The notes beneath the pieces were generated by a model. That model was given only the letters and a program-made list of their open reading frames with translations. It ran no database searches and had not been told where the DNA came from. A stretch of 64,000 nt of DNA from Candidatus Omnitrophota bacterium (GTDB lineage Bacteria; Omnitrophota; Gorgyraeia; JAFGHF01), in the NCBI GenBank assembly GCA_020341815.1, contig CP070837.1:135229-199228 (forward strand), in the 5' to 3' direction. Shown in pieces: positions 28,436 through 38,084 of this stretch (position 1 is its first letter; each line of letters begins with the position of its first letter). The position numbers were made by a program, and so were the translations under genes.

Positions 28436-29383
28436 ATGCCTTACAGCGAAGAGAACGATAAAAAGTATCGCCAGGAATTAGAAAAAGAGATAGCCAGATT
28501 AAAGAAAGAGAAAAATGCGATAATTCTGGCGCACAATTATCAGAGAGAAGAAATTCAGGATATCGCTGATATTGTAGGAGATTCCCTGCAATTGGCTCGC
28601 GCCGCAACAAAAGTGGATGCCGATATAATCGAGTTTTGCGGCGTGCGTTTTATGGCTGAGAGCGCCAGTATCCTCAATCCCGATAAAAAGGTGCTTCTTC
28701 CGGTGAAGGAGGCGGGTTGCCCTTTGGCCGATATGATTAGTCCGGAAAAACTAAAGGCGCTAAAAGCTCAACATCCGGATGCAGCTTGCGTCTGCTATGT
28801 GAATTCCTCCGCAGAAGTAAAGGCCGAAAGCGATGTGGCGTGCACCTCAAGCAATGCAATTGAGGTAGTCAGGTCCCTGCCTAATAAAAGAATTATTTTT
28901 GTCCCCGATGAAAACCTGGCTAAGTATGTGCAATCGCAGGTTCCCGAAAAAGAAATCATTATGTGGAAGGGCTTTTGCCCTACACATATCAGATTATCCG
29001 AGGAAGAAGTAATCCAAGCCAAAAAAGAGCACCCAAAAGCGCTTTTCCTGGCACATCCTGAGTGTAAGCCCGAGGTGCTTAAGCTTGCCGATCAGGTTTG
29101 CAGCACAGGAGGGATGTTTAAATATGCCCGCGCCTCCAAGGCTAAGGAGTTTATAATCGGCACGGAAAGCGGAATGCTCTACAGGCTAAAGAAAGAAAAC
29201 CCCGATAAGAATTTTTATCTGCCCAGTGAGCATTTGGTCTGTGCCAATATGAAGCTGACTACCTTGGGCTGGATAGCCCATTCCCTGGAATTAGAGGTCA
29301 ATGAGATAAGAGTCCCTGAGGAAATAAGGGTAAAGGCCAAGAAGTCCTTGGATAGGATGCTGGAAATTACTTATGGGAAATAA
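28436..29383 (+). CDS. nadA: Quinolinate synthase A
   Basis: NadA fold with conserved Cys ligands and an N-terminal coiled region. Confidence 0.85.
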   Translation: MPYSEENDKKYRQELEKEIARLKKEKNAIILAHNYQREEIQDIADIVGDSLQLARAATKVDADIIEFCGVRFMAESASILNPDKKVLLPVKEAGCPLADMISPEKLKALKAQHPDAACVCYVNSSAEVKAESDVACTSSNAIEVVRSLPNKRIIFVPDENLAKYVQSQVPEKEIIMWKGFCPTHIRLSEEEVIQAKKEHPKALFLAHPECKPEVLKLADQVCSTGGMFKYARASKAKEFIIGTESGMLYRLKKENPDKNFYLPSEHLVCANMKLTTLGWIAHSLELEVNEIRVPEEIRVKAKKSLDRMLEITYGK

Positions 29384-30194
29384 AAAGATAAGAATAGGCA
29401 TAATCGGCTGCGGCGCAATCGGATCGCAGTTGGCCGGGGCAATAAAAAATAACTTTTCTGAACAGGCCGAACTTTTTGCCATTTGCGATATAGATAGGGA
29501 TAAAGCAGAGAACCTGAAAGCAGATTTTTCTTTAGGGCCTGAGGTGCTCCTTATCGATGAATTGATTGAGAGGAGCGAGTTGATTATCGAGGCGGCTTCG
29601 GCGAAAATTTCATATGAAGTAGCCCAGAAGGCCTTGGCAGCGGGTAAAAATGTAATAATTATGAGCGTGGGAGGTATATTAGATAGATATGAGGAGCTTC
29701 GCGCCCTGGCACGGGATGCGGGCGGGCACATCTATCTTCCCAGCGGGGCAGTTGCAGGGCTGGATGCAGTAAAGGCCGCATCAATGGTGAGAGTTAACAA
29801 AGTCACTTTGACTACCCGCAAACCCCCTCAAGGATTAGCCGGGGCCCCTTATCTTGCAGAGAAAAATATAGACTTATCCGCCATCAAAGAAGAAACCGTG
29901 ATCTTTGAAGGAGATGCCTCCGAGGCAATAAAAGGATTTCCTCAAAATGTAAATGTCTGTGCTACCTTAAGCCTGGCCGGAATCGGACCGAAAAAGACAA
30001 GGGTGAAGATAATTGCTTCTCCCGAATATAAAACCAATATCCATGAAATAGAGGCAGAAGGGGATTTTGGAAGGCTCTTTGCCAGAACGGAAAATCTTCC
30101 CTTTCCCCAGAACCCCAGGACGAGTTTCCTGGCTTCTTTATCCGCTATCGCTACTTTGCGAAATATTTTGGATGTAGTGAAAATAGGAACATGA
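29373..30194 (+). CDS. nadX: L-aspartate dehydrogenase (NadX-like)
   Basis: IGIIGCGAIG Rossmann motif at ~270 aa, adjacent to nadA. Confidence 0.65.
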   Translation: MGNKKIRIGIIGCGAIGSQLAGAIKNNFSEQAELFAICDIDRDKAENLKADFSLGPEVLLIDELIERSELIIEAASAKISYEVAQKALAAGKNVIIMSVGGILDRYEELRALARDAGGHIYLPSGAVAGLDAVKAASMVRVNKVTLTTRKPPQGLAGAPYLAEKNIDLSAIKEETVIFEGDASEAIKGFPQNVNVCATLSLAGIGPKKTRVKIIASPEYKTNIHEIEAEGDFGRLFARTENLPFPQNPRTSFLASLSAIATLRNILDVVKIGT

Positions 30195-30212
30195 AGGGAG
30201 GTGAAAAGACTA

Positions 30213-30482
30213 ATGGCACAAAAAGTAATGAAATGCGGCGTCACTAGGAAGAAGGGCTATCTTTACTACCTTGATAAGAACGGTAACGTCGCCGAGGCAA
30301 AGATGGCCCGGGGCAGAAAAAGAGGTGGTGGCTCCAAGGTGGTCGTCAAATGCGGCATCAAGAGGAAAAAGGGTTATCTCTACTTCATTGACAAAAAAGG
30401 CGATGTCTCTATGGCCAAAATGGTTCGCGGCGGCCGCAAGAGAAAGAAGAAAAAGGCAACAAGAAGAAGGAGAAGAAGGTAG
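30213..30482 (+). CDS. Small extremely basic protein with internal tandem duplication and poly-Arg tail
   Basis: Two ~35-aa repeats: KCG(V/I)xRKKGYLY(Y/F)(L/I)DKxGxVxxAKMxRGxRKR. C-terminus is KKKKATRRRRRR. A GGGAGGTG RBS lies 9 nt before the ATG at 30213. Confidence 0.6.
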   Translation: MAQKVMKCGVTRKKGYLYYLDKNGNVAEAKMARGRKRGGGSKVVVKCGIKRKKGYLYFIDKKGDVSMAKMVRGGRKRKKKKATRRRRRR

Positions 30483-30503
30483 TTTTATTTAAGTTTTGAG
30501 CTT

Positions 30504-30564
30504 AAGGCCCCTGTAATTGCTGCTTGGCCCGTTCAAAATTTTGAATGGGCTTTACAGGGGCCTT
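30504..30564. promoter_or_regulatory. Nested palindrome overlapping the uvrA promoter
   Basis: Outer arms are AAGGCCCCTGTAA / TTACAGGGGCCTT. Inner palindrome is GCCCGTTCAAAATTTTGAATGGGC. TTTACA(30551)-17-TATAAT(30574) overlaps the right arm. Confidence 0.55.
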
Positions 30565-30588
30565 ACCCTTTGCTATAATCGGACTAAA

Positions 30589-33463
30589 GATGCCTAAGGA
30601 ATATATTATTATAAGAGGTGCCAAAGAGCACAACCTCAAAAGTATCAACCTCAAAATTCCCCGCGACAAATTAGTGGTCGTGACCGGCTTAAGCGGTTCG
30701 GGAAAATCTTCTCTTGCCTTTGATACTATTTATGCCGAAGGACAGAGAAGGTATGTAGAGAGCCTCTCCAGTTACGCCCGCCAGTTCTTAGAGCAGTTAC
30801 AGAAACCTGATGTAGAGCATATCGAAGGTATTTCTCCGGCAATCTCTATTGAACAGAGGCCCGCAGGCAGTAATCCGCGCTCTACGGTAGGCACTCAGAC
30901 CGAAATCTACGATTACCTGCGTCTTTTATTTGCCCGTGTAGGCAGGGCCCATTGCTATAAATGCGGCCGGGAGATTTCTCGCCAGAGCCCACAACATATC
31001 GTAGAGCAGATTCTCAAATTACCTGCCGAAAGCAATATTATGCTTCTGGCCCCTTGCATCCGGGGGCGTAAAGGTGAATTTCGTCAGGTCTTTAGCGACA
31101 TTCGCAAACAGGGTTTTGTGCGCGTACGGGTGGATAATAAAGTCTACGACATAGACGAAATAAACCCCGCCCTTCTTAAAAACCCTACGTCAAAGAATAT
31201 GTATAGATTGAGCGACAAAAAGAAGGGCGGGGTGAAATTAGATAAAAAAAGAGCTCATAGTATCGAAGCGGTAGTGGATAGGCTCAAGGTTAACCCTCTT
31301 GAGAAATCAAGGCTTACGGATTCGGTGGAGACTGCCTTAAAAGCAGGAGGAGGAATAGTAATTGTTTCCAGACTCATCAAAAAAGGGCGTTGGCAGGATA
31401 TGCTCTTCAGTGAAGATTATGCCTGCGTTGATTGCGGCATAAGTTTTGCTGAGCTGCAACCACGCGATTTTTCCTTTAACAGCCCTTATGGAGCATGCAG
31501 CGCCTGTAATGGGCTGGGCACCAAGATTGAGGTGGATCCGGATCTTTTAGTGCCGGATAAAAACCGCTCGCTTTCCGAAGGCGCACTTGAGCCTTGGAGA
31601 AAAGGAGGCAGGGGTTATATCCTATATTATCGAGGGCTGATAAGGGAATTGGCCAGACAAATGGGCTTCAGTATAGATATCCCTTTTAAAAAACTAAATA
31701 AAAATGTGCGCAAGGCGATTTTTTACGGATGCGACGAATATGTCTGGGGCAAGCCGTTTGAAGGGGTGATTCCCCACCTGGAGCGTCTTTTCCGGGAGAC
31801 CGAGAGCGAGTATTTAAAATCCGAAATCAATAACTTTATGAGTATCTTGCCTTGTCCTGTCTGCGACGGGGCGCGCCTGAAAAAAGAAAGTCTGGCCGTA
31901 ACCATCAATAATAAAAGCATATGGGATGTGGTCAGAATGTCTATTAGCCGGCTCAAAGGTTTTTTCGAAGAGTTGGATCTTACTCCCGCAGAAAGCATAA
32001 TTGCCCATCAGGCCCTCAAGGGCATTAAGGAAAGATGCAGATTTATGCTCAATGTGGGGCTGGACTATCTGACTTTAGAGAGGGCCGCCGGTACTCTTTC
32101 CGGAGGCGAGGCTCAACGCATTCGCCTGGCCACACAGGTGGGGGCGGGGCTAGTGGGTGTGGTTTATATACTGGATGAGCCCAGTATCGGCCTGCACCAG
32201 AGGGATAACAGGAAGCTTCTGAACACGCTTTGCGCTCTTCGGGACCTGGGAAACAGCTTGATTGTCGTAGAGCATGATGAGGCCACTATAAGGTCTGCAG
32301 ATTATATTATCGATCTGGGGCCCGGGGCAGGCCGTCATGGCGGAAAGGTTGTAGCCTGCGGAAGCTTTAAGAGTTTATTAAGGTCGCGCGAGTCTTTAAC
32401 CGCCAGATATCTGCGCGGGCAGCTTAAAATAGAAGTGCCCAAGGCAAGGAGAAAGATAAATGCCAAGGCCCTGCAGGTCTGGGGTGCACGCGAACACAAT
32501 CTAAAAAATATAAATGTGCGTATCCCCCTGGGGTTATTTGTCTGCGTCAGCGGCGTATCCGGCTCAGGCAAAAGCACGCTTGTGGATGAGATTCTTTACC
32601 GGGGCCTGGCAAAGAAGCTCTACCGCCATAAAGAAAGGCCCGGGGCACATGACAAAATTACCGGAGCGGAATTTATAGATAAGGTGATTGTGGTGGATCA
32701 GTCTCCCATTGGCCGCACGCCCCGCTCTAATCCGGCTACCTATTCAGGGGTTTTTACTCATATCCGTGAGCTTTTCTCTAGACTTCCGGAGTCGCGTATG
32801 GCAGGATATAAGCCGGGCAGGTTCAGCTTTAATCTTAAAGGCGGAAGGTGCGAAGACTGCCAGGGCGAGGGGATAAAAAGGATAGAGATGCACTTTCTTC
32901 CCGATGTTTATGTTAGCTGTGAGACTTGTCGGGGCTTAAGGTTCAACGAGCAGACCTTGGGAATAAAATATAAGGGAAAATCTATTGCCGATGTTTTGAA
33001 TATGACAACGGAAGATGCCTTGAACTTATTTAAGAATATCCCCAGAATCAGAGAGAAGCTGGCAATTCTTAATGATGTGGGCCTGGGGTATATTCAGCTG
33101 GGTCAGTCGGCAACTACCCTCTCAGGAGGCGAGGCCCAGAGACTGAAGCTTTCTGCGGAATTAGGCAAGAGGGCTACCGGCAAGACGCTCTATATACTGG
33201 ATGAGCCCACAACGGGATTGCATTTTGCGGATATAGATAAGTTACTCGCTGTTTTACAGAGATTGGTTGATATGGGTAATACAGTGCTTGTGATCGAGCA
33301 CAATTTGGAGGTGCTTAAAAGCGCCGATTATATTATTGATTTGGGGCCTGAAGCAGGAGAGTCCGGAGGCCGCATTGTTGGCTGCGGTACACCGGAAGAA
33401 CTGGCCAGGATTGAAAGTTCCTTCACCGGTAAATATTTGAAAAAGATTTTGATGAGATGCTAA
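30589..33463 (+). CDS. uvrA: Excinuclease ABC subunit A, carrying an in-frame repeat-element insertion
   Basis: Two ABC ATPase modules ([20 protein letters not shown]), zinc fingers and signature motifs. Start taken at the ATG at 30589 after the promoter. Confidence 0.9.
31160..31237 (+). repeat. IR-flanked repeat element, copy 4, subfamily B, inserted in-frame inside uvrA
   Basis: TAAACCCCGCCCTTCT ... GAAGGGCGGGGTGAA, translated as [27 protein letters not shown] within UvrA. Confidence 0.75.
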
Positions 33464-35946
33464 GGATTATTTATATCTGGATTATTTTATTTTTTCTCAG
33501 TTGTTTGAGCGGGACTGCTTCTTGCGAAGAGCCGCAGGATTTATATTTAGCCAAACGGGCCTTCGATGACGGCTTTTATGAAATTGCCCTTAAGCACTTC
33601 CAGAAATATCAACAGGTTAATCCCGAGGCACAGATTTTTATCGGCCGTTGTTATCTAAATTTAAATAAGTTTCCGGAGGCCCTGGAGGTACTGGGTGAGA
33701 TTTTGAAGCAGGATTCCCGCGAAAATAAATTTTTAGACTCAGCTACCTATTGGACGGCACAAACATATTTTAAAGCCAAGGATTATGAAAATGCCCTTAG
33801 CTTTTTTGAGAAGGTGATCGGCTCTTACCCAAATTCTTCCCTCCTGCCGCAGAGTTATTATTATCGAGCTTGCTGCTATTATCAACGCCAGCAATACAAT
33901 CAGGCATTTAATTTTTATAAAGAATTCAATAAGGCTTTTAATAGGCACCAATTGAAGGAAAAAAGCTCTTTCCGTATTGCCCAGTGCCTCTACAATATTA
34001 AAAATTATAAGCAGGCTCATAAAGAATTCAAATCATTTCTTAAGAGTTTTTCTAAGTCGGGAGAGAGAAATAGCGCCTTCTATTATTTAGGCGAGATAGA
34101 ATATACCAGAGGCAATTTCAATAAAGCCCTGGGCTATTATACCGAGGCCGCTGAGCTTCTGCCCAAGGTGAAAATTGCTGCTCTGGCTAAATATGCCAGG
34201 GGCTGGTCCTACCTTAAGCTCGAAGAATATAAAAAGGCTCTGAATGAGTTTAACAGATTGCAAAGGGCTTCAAGTTTCGGCCCGGCCTTAGAAGATTCGA
34301 TAATTTTTGCTAAAGGACGTTGCAATGCTTATTTAAGGAGATACCCGGAGAGCATTCAATTATATGAAAAAATTATCAATGAGTTTAGTCACTCTTCCTG
34401 GTTTGCCGATGTCTATTTTTGGAAAGGCCAGGCACTTTATGAAATGGGAGAATACAAACAGGCTTGCCAGACCTATGAAGAGGCCTTGGAGAGGTTTTCT
34501 AAAAGCCCTTCTCTTAGAAGAATTGATAAGGATTCAGTCGTCTATGAGCGCGAGGGTTTTTCCGATAATCTAATCGATAATCTTCGTTATAATCTGGGCT
34601 GGGCCTATGCCAGAATGAAAGACTATACGCAAGCCATAGATCAGTTCAGGCAGGTCTTCGAACGTTCCGGCGAGCGCTTTCTTAAAAGCGGAGCGCTTTG
34701 CAGAATAGGGGATATCTATCTTGAGCAGGCAGATACCAAAGAGGCAATTAAGCATTACGATTCCGTATTGAAAGACTTTTCCGCCTCCTATTATGCGGAT
34801 TATGCTCAATATCAATTGGGTGTTGCCTTCTGCGAAGAAAAGAGATTTGATAGCGCGATATTGGCTTTTAATGCTTTGATAGCCAATTTTCCCCAGAGCA
34901 ATCTTCAGGATAAGGCGCATTATCAAATAGCCGCAATATATTTTCGCCAGGGCAGGTTTTCTCAAGTCCAAGAGCAGATGGATAATTTAATTAAGAAGTT
35001 TCCGCGCAGCCAGCTTAAAAGCGAGGCTACTTTTCTTAAAGGCTTCGCCTATTACAATAACAAGAAATATAAAGAGGCAGAAGAGGCTTTTAGCGATGTC
35101 CTGCGTCTATCAGAAGATACAAAGCTAAAGTTGAAAGCGCAATATCAGATAGGATTTTGTTTTTACCAGAGGGGCGAAGAGGAAAGAGCTATAAAAGAGT
35201 TTAAAAAGTTTTTAAGTATTTATCCTGATTCGGAGTTGAGTTGCGACTTATTATTTTGGATGGGAAAGTATTATTTTCGCAAAAAGGATTATAGTAAAGC
35301 GCAAAAATATTTCGCCGACTTAAAAGAAGAGTTTCCTCGCAAGGAATTAGTTGATGATGCCTTGTTCTGGCAGGCCAAGGCACTTTCTGAGCAGAATAAG
35401 TCGAAGGAGGCGCTTAAATTATTGAAAGATCTGGAGAATGGTTATCCAAATAGCGATTTGGCGGCTGATGCCTTGTTGCTTCAGGGAGATATCTTGAAAG
35501 CTGAAAACAGGATGGATGAAGCCAGGAATTTACATAAAATAGTCTGCAGTAGATTTAGGGAAACAAACTTTGAGCGTCTCGCCCATAAAAAAATAGCTGA
35601 GATTATGCTTGAAGAGGGGCAGTTTCTTGAGGCCATTGAGGAATATGGCCGGGCCTTGGGTTCCGACAGCGATGACTTCAATGCCCAGATACAATTTGCC
35701 ATAGCCGACTGTTTTCAAGGACAGAAAGACCTCATCCGGGCCCTGGACGAATACTTAAAGGTCTGCTATCTTTACCCCGATGCCTTTGAGTGGGCAAAGA
35801 AGGCCCAGTTTGAATGCGCGCAGATTTTTGAAGAGCAGGCCGATTGGCAAAAGGCCAAAGATATCTATGAAAAATTGGCTAAAGGTAAGGGTGAAGAGGC
35901 CGAGTTTGCACGCAAGAGATTAGAACAGTTGGGGGGAGAAAAGTAA
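33457..35946 (+). CDS. Secreted tetratricopeptide (TPR) repeat protein
   Basis: Signal peptide and more than 15 TPR-like repeats. Confidence 0.7.
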   Translation: MLRIIYIWIILFFLSCLSGTASCEEPQDLYLAKRAFDDGFYEIALKHFQKYQQVNPEAQIFIGRCYLNLNKFPEALEVLGEILKQDSRENKFLDSATYWTAQTYFKAKDYENALSFFEKVIGSYPNSSLLPQSYYYRACCYYQRQQYNQAFNFYKEFNKAFNRHQLKEKSSFRIAQCLYNIKNYKQAHKEFKSFLKSFSKSGERNSAFYYLGEIEYTRGNFNKALGYYTEAAELLPKVKIAALAKYARGWSYLKLEEYKKALNEFNRLQRASSFGPALEDSIIFAKGRCNAYLRRYPESIQLYEKIINEFSHSSWFADVYFWKGQALYEMGEYKQACQTYEEALERFSKSPSLRRIDKDSVVYEREGFSDNLIDNLRYNLGWAYARMKDYTQAIDQFRQVFERSGERFLKSGALCRIGDIYLEQADTKEAIKHYDSVLKDFSASYYADYAQYQLGVAFCEEKRFDSAILAFNALIANFPQSNLQDKAHYQIAAIYFRQGRFSQVQEQMDNLIKKFPRSQLKSEATFLKGFAYYNNKKYKEAEEAFSDVLRLSEDTKLKLKAQYQIGFCFYQRGEEERAIKEFKKFLSIYPDSELSCDLLFWMGKYYFRKKDYSKAQKYFADLKEEFPRKELVDDALFWQAKALSEQNKSKEALKLLKDLENGYPNSDLAADALLLQGDILKAENRMDEARNLHKIVCSRFRETNFERLAHKKIAEIMLEEGQFLEAIEEYGRALGSDSDDFNAQIQFAIADCFQGQKDLIRALDEYLKVCYLYPDAFEWAKKAQFECAQIFEEQADWQKAKDIYEKLAKGKGEEAEFARKRLEQLGGEK

Positions 35947-35948
35947 AC

Positions 35949-37529
35949 TTGAATAAGCTGCATAAGGTAAGCTTAATCTTTTTATTTTTTGCACTTTTTA
36001 TTCAGCAGAATTGCTTTGGCGAGAAAGTCTGGCAGCGACTGGATTCGGAAGTCAAAGACTCAGAGATTATCTCAATTTCTGTCTTTTCAGGGAATGATAG
36101 TTTTATTTGTGCTGCAAGCGAGAACTGCGTTTATCTTTCAAAAGACGCAGGAGATTCCTGGAAAGAGGTTTTCTCTCTCAAAGTTGCTACGGGTGAGATA
36201 AACTTTGTCGCTTTTGATTGTCTGGATGAGGAGACTTTGTATTTAGCTACAACCGAGGGACTCTTTATCAGGAAAGACCAGCGCTGGCAGAAGGTATTCT
36301 CAAAACCAAGCGAGGAGGCAAATAATGTGCTTCGGATTGCTCCTGCCTGTTTTGATTCCCGCAAGCTTTATATTGGTACAAAAGAAGGCTTGTACTTTTC
36401 TCAGGATAAGGCACAGACTTGGAAGAGGCTTAAAGGAGGCCTGCCTCGCTCGGAAATCAGGTCCATTGCGGCTCATACAGATAATTCCTTTGTTTTATAT
36501 TTAGCCAATACATACGGCCTTTTTAAATCGACAGATGTCGGCCGCTCCTGGCGAAGGATTTACGTTACCAGCTATAAAGTTAGCGATGAAGAAGAGGAAG
36601 AGAGTGACGAGGAAGAGGATTCGCAAAATCTGATTAACTGTATTGCCATTGACAGGACCGATCCCAGAAGAGTGTTTATTGCTACAGGTAAAGGTGTCTT
36701 GGTTTCTCCGGATGCGGGAGAAAGCTGGAATAGATTACCCAGCCGAGGTTTGGTTTGCGATTATGTCAATTTTATAGTTATCTCAAGTAAAAAAGGCACG
36801 TTATATGCGGCTACAAATAACGGTGTATTCAAATTTTCTCCTCAATCGGATAGCTGGCAGGAAATCTACCAGGGTATGACCGGGCGCAATGTTTATTCTC
36901 TTGCCTTGGGTATGGATGAGGAGCATCTGTTTGCCGCTACGGATAAGGGGATTTTTAACACAGTTAGGGCCAAAGATATCCAAAAACAAAAAGTAAAGAA
37001 AGAAAAAGATAAACCGGCTCTTGAACAAGTGCTTAAGGAGCTCACCCTGAAGGAGCCGACTATCCGGGAGGTTCAGGAGGCGGCGATAAGATATGCCGAA
37101 GTGGTTCATCCTAAGGTATTTAAAGCTCTACGCAGGGATTCCAGGCTCAGGGGGTTTTTGCCAACTATAAGTTTAGATTATGATAAGACTGTATATGGAA
37201 GTTCCAACAATAAAGTTGGATTTGTCGGTCCTCGCGACTGGGGGCTTAGCTTTTCCTGGGATGTGGGGGAGCTTCTTTTTAGCGAGCAGACAAGATTGGT
37301 GGACAGTAACATCCGCCTGGCGGTGCAGCTGCGTGATGATATCCTTGATGAAGTAACGCGGCTCTATTATGAAAGGCGAAAGTTGCAGACAGAACTTATC
37401 GTCAGGCCACCCAAAAAGACCGAAGATAAACTGGCCCAAACCCTGAGACTACAAGAGCTAACCGCAAATATTGATGCCTTAACCGGGGGCTACTTCTCCC
37501 GACAGCTGAAAATGGCTAATTGCAAATAA
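35949..37529 (+). CDS. Secreted BNR/Asp-box repeat beta-propeller protein (Ycf48-like)
   Basis: Signal peptide, repeated SxDxGxSW motifs (SKDAGDSW, STDVGRSW, SPDAGESW) and an acidic DEEEEESDEEEDS stretch. Confidence 0.65.
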   Translation: MNKLHKVSLIFLFFALFIQQNCFGEKVWQRLDSEVKDSEIISISVFSGNDSFICAASENCVYLSKDAGDSWKEVFSLKVATGEINFVAFDCLDEETLYLATTEGLFIRKDQRWQKVFSKPSEEANNVLRIAPACFDSRKLYIGTKEGLYFSQDKAQTWKRLKGGLPRSEIRSIAAHTDNSFVLYLANTYGLFKSTDVGRSWRRIYVTSYKVSDEEEEESDEEEDSQNLINCIAIDRTDPRRVFIATGKGVLVSPDAGESWNRLPSRGLVCDYVNFIVISSKKGTLYAATNNGVFKFSPQSDSWQEIYQGMTGRNVYSLALGMDEEHLFAATDKGIFNTVRAKDIQKQKVKKEKDKPALEQVLKELTLKEPTIREVQEAAIRYAEVVHPKVFKALRRDSRLRGFLPTISLDYDKTVYGSSNNKVGFVGPRDWGLSFSWDVGELLFSEQTRLVDSNIRLAVQLRDDILDEVTRLYYERRKLQTELIVRPPKKTEDKLAQTLRLQELTANIDALTGGYFSRQLKMANCK

Positions 37530-37612
37530 ATGTCGGTTATAACCATTTTCTTATCAAGCGGTTACGAATACAAGTTTATTCTTTTGAAATTGTTGAATAA
37601 TTTGAAATAAAT

Positions 37613-37642
37613 GTTGTATTTATTTTACAACTATGGTATACT
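37613..37642 (+). promoter_or_regulatory. Palindromic operator GTTGTATTTATTTTACAAC overlapping the TTGTAT-17-TATACT promoter of the XRE gene
   Basis: Directly visible 19-bp palindrome with 6-bp arms. -35 at 37614-37619 and -10 at 37637-37642. Confidence 0.5.
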
Positions 37643-37712
37643 TTAAGTAGGCGTAGTAGATATATTACAACACTGCGGTCATTAGAACTGTTAAACAGAA
37701 AGGTAGGTGAGT

Positions 37713-38081
37713 ATGATGGTTACCTTTGGAGAATTCTTTAAACAGAAAAGAATTTCTTTAGGTAAGACATTAAGGCAGTTCTGCTTAGAGAATCAACTGG
37801 ACCCTGGCAATATCAGCAAGATAGAAAGAGGGAAATTACCTCCGCCTGCTTCAGAGGAAAAATTGAAAGAGTATGCTAAATATTTAAATATCCAATTTGG
37901 CAGTGAAGAATGGCAAACATTTAAAGATTTAGCTTCTCTTAGCGCCGGTAAGATACCCGATGATTTAAAGAATGAGCAGGAATTGCTTGCAAGACTTCCT
38001 GTATTCTTTAGGACATTAAGAGATAAAAAATTCTCGGAAGAAGATTTGAAGGAGCTGATTAAAAAAATCAGAGAATCATGA
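37713..38081 (+). CDS. XRE-family helix-turn-helix transcriptional regulator
   Basis: HTH_XRE signature (LRQFCLENQLDPGNISKIERGK). Confidence 0.75.
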   Translation: MMVTFGEFFKQKRISLGKTLRQFCLENQLDPGNISKIERGKLPPPASEEKLKEYAKYLNIQFGSEEWQTFKDLASLSAGKIPDDLKNEQELLARLPVFFRTLRDKKFSEEDLKELIKKIRES

Positions 38082-38084
38082 TAG

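Noticed and set aside
30271-30492. Alternative-frame 73-aa ORF inside the small basic protein gene.
   Set aside because: It overlaps the tandem-repeat ORF in another frame. It has no RBS, and its Arg/Lys-rich composition is a by-product of the AAG/AGA-rich sequence.
30504-30564. LexA/SOS box upstream of uvrA.
   Set aside because: There is no CTGT-N8-ACAG or CGAACRNRYGTTCG match. The palindrome has different half-sites. I report it only as a generic nested palindrome.
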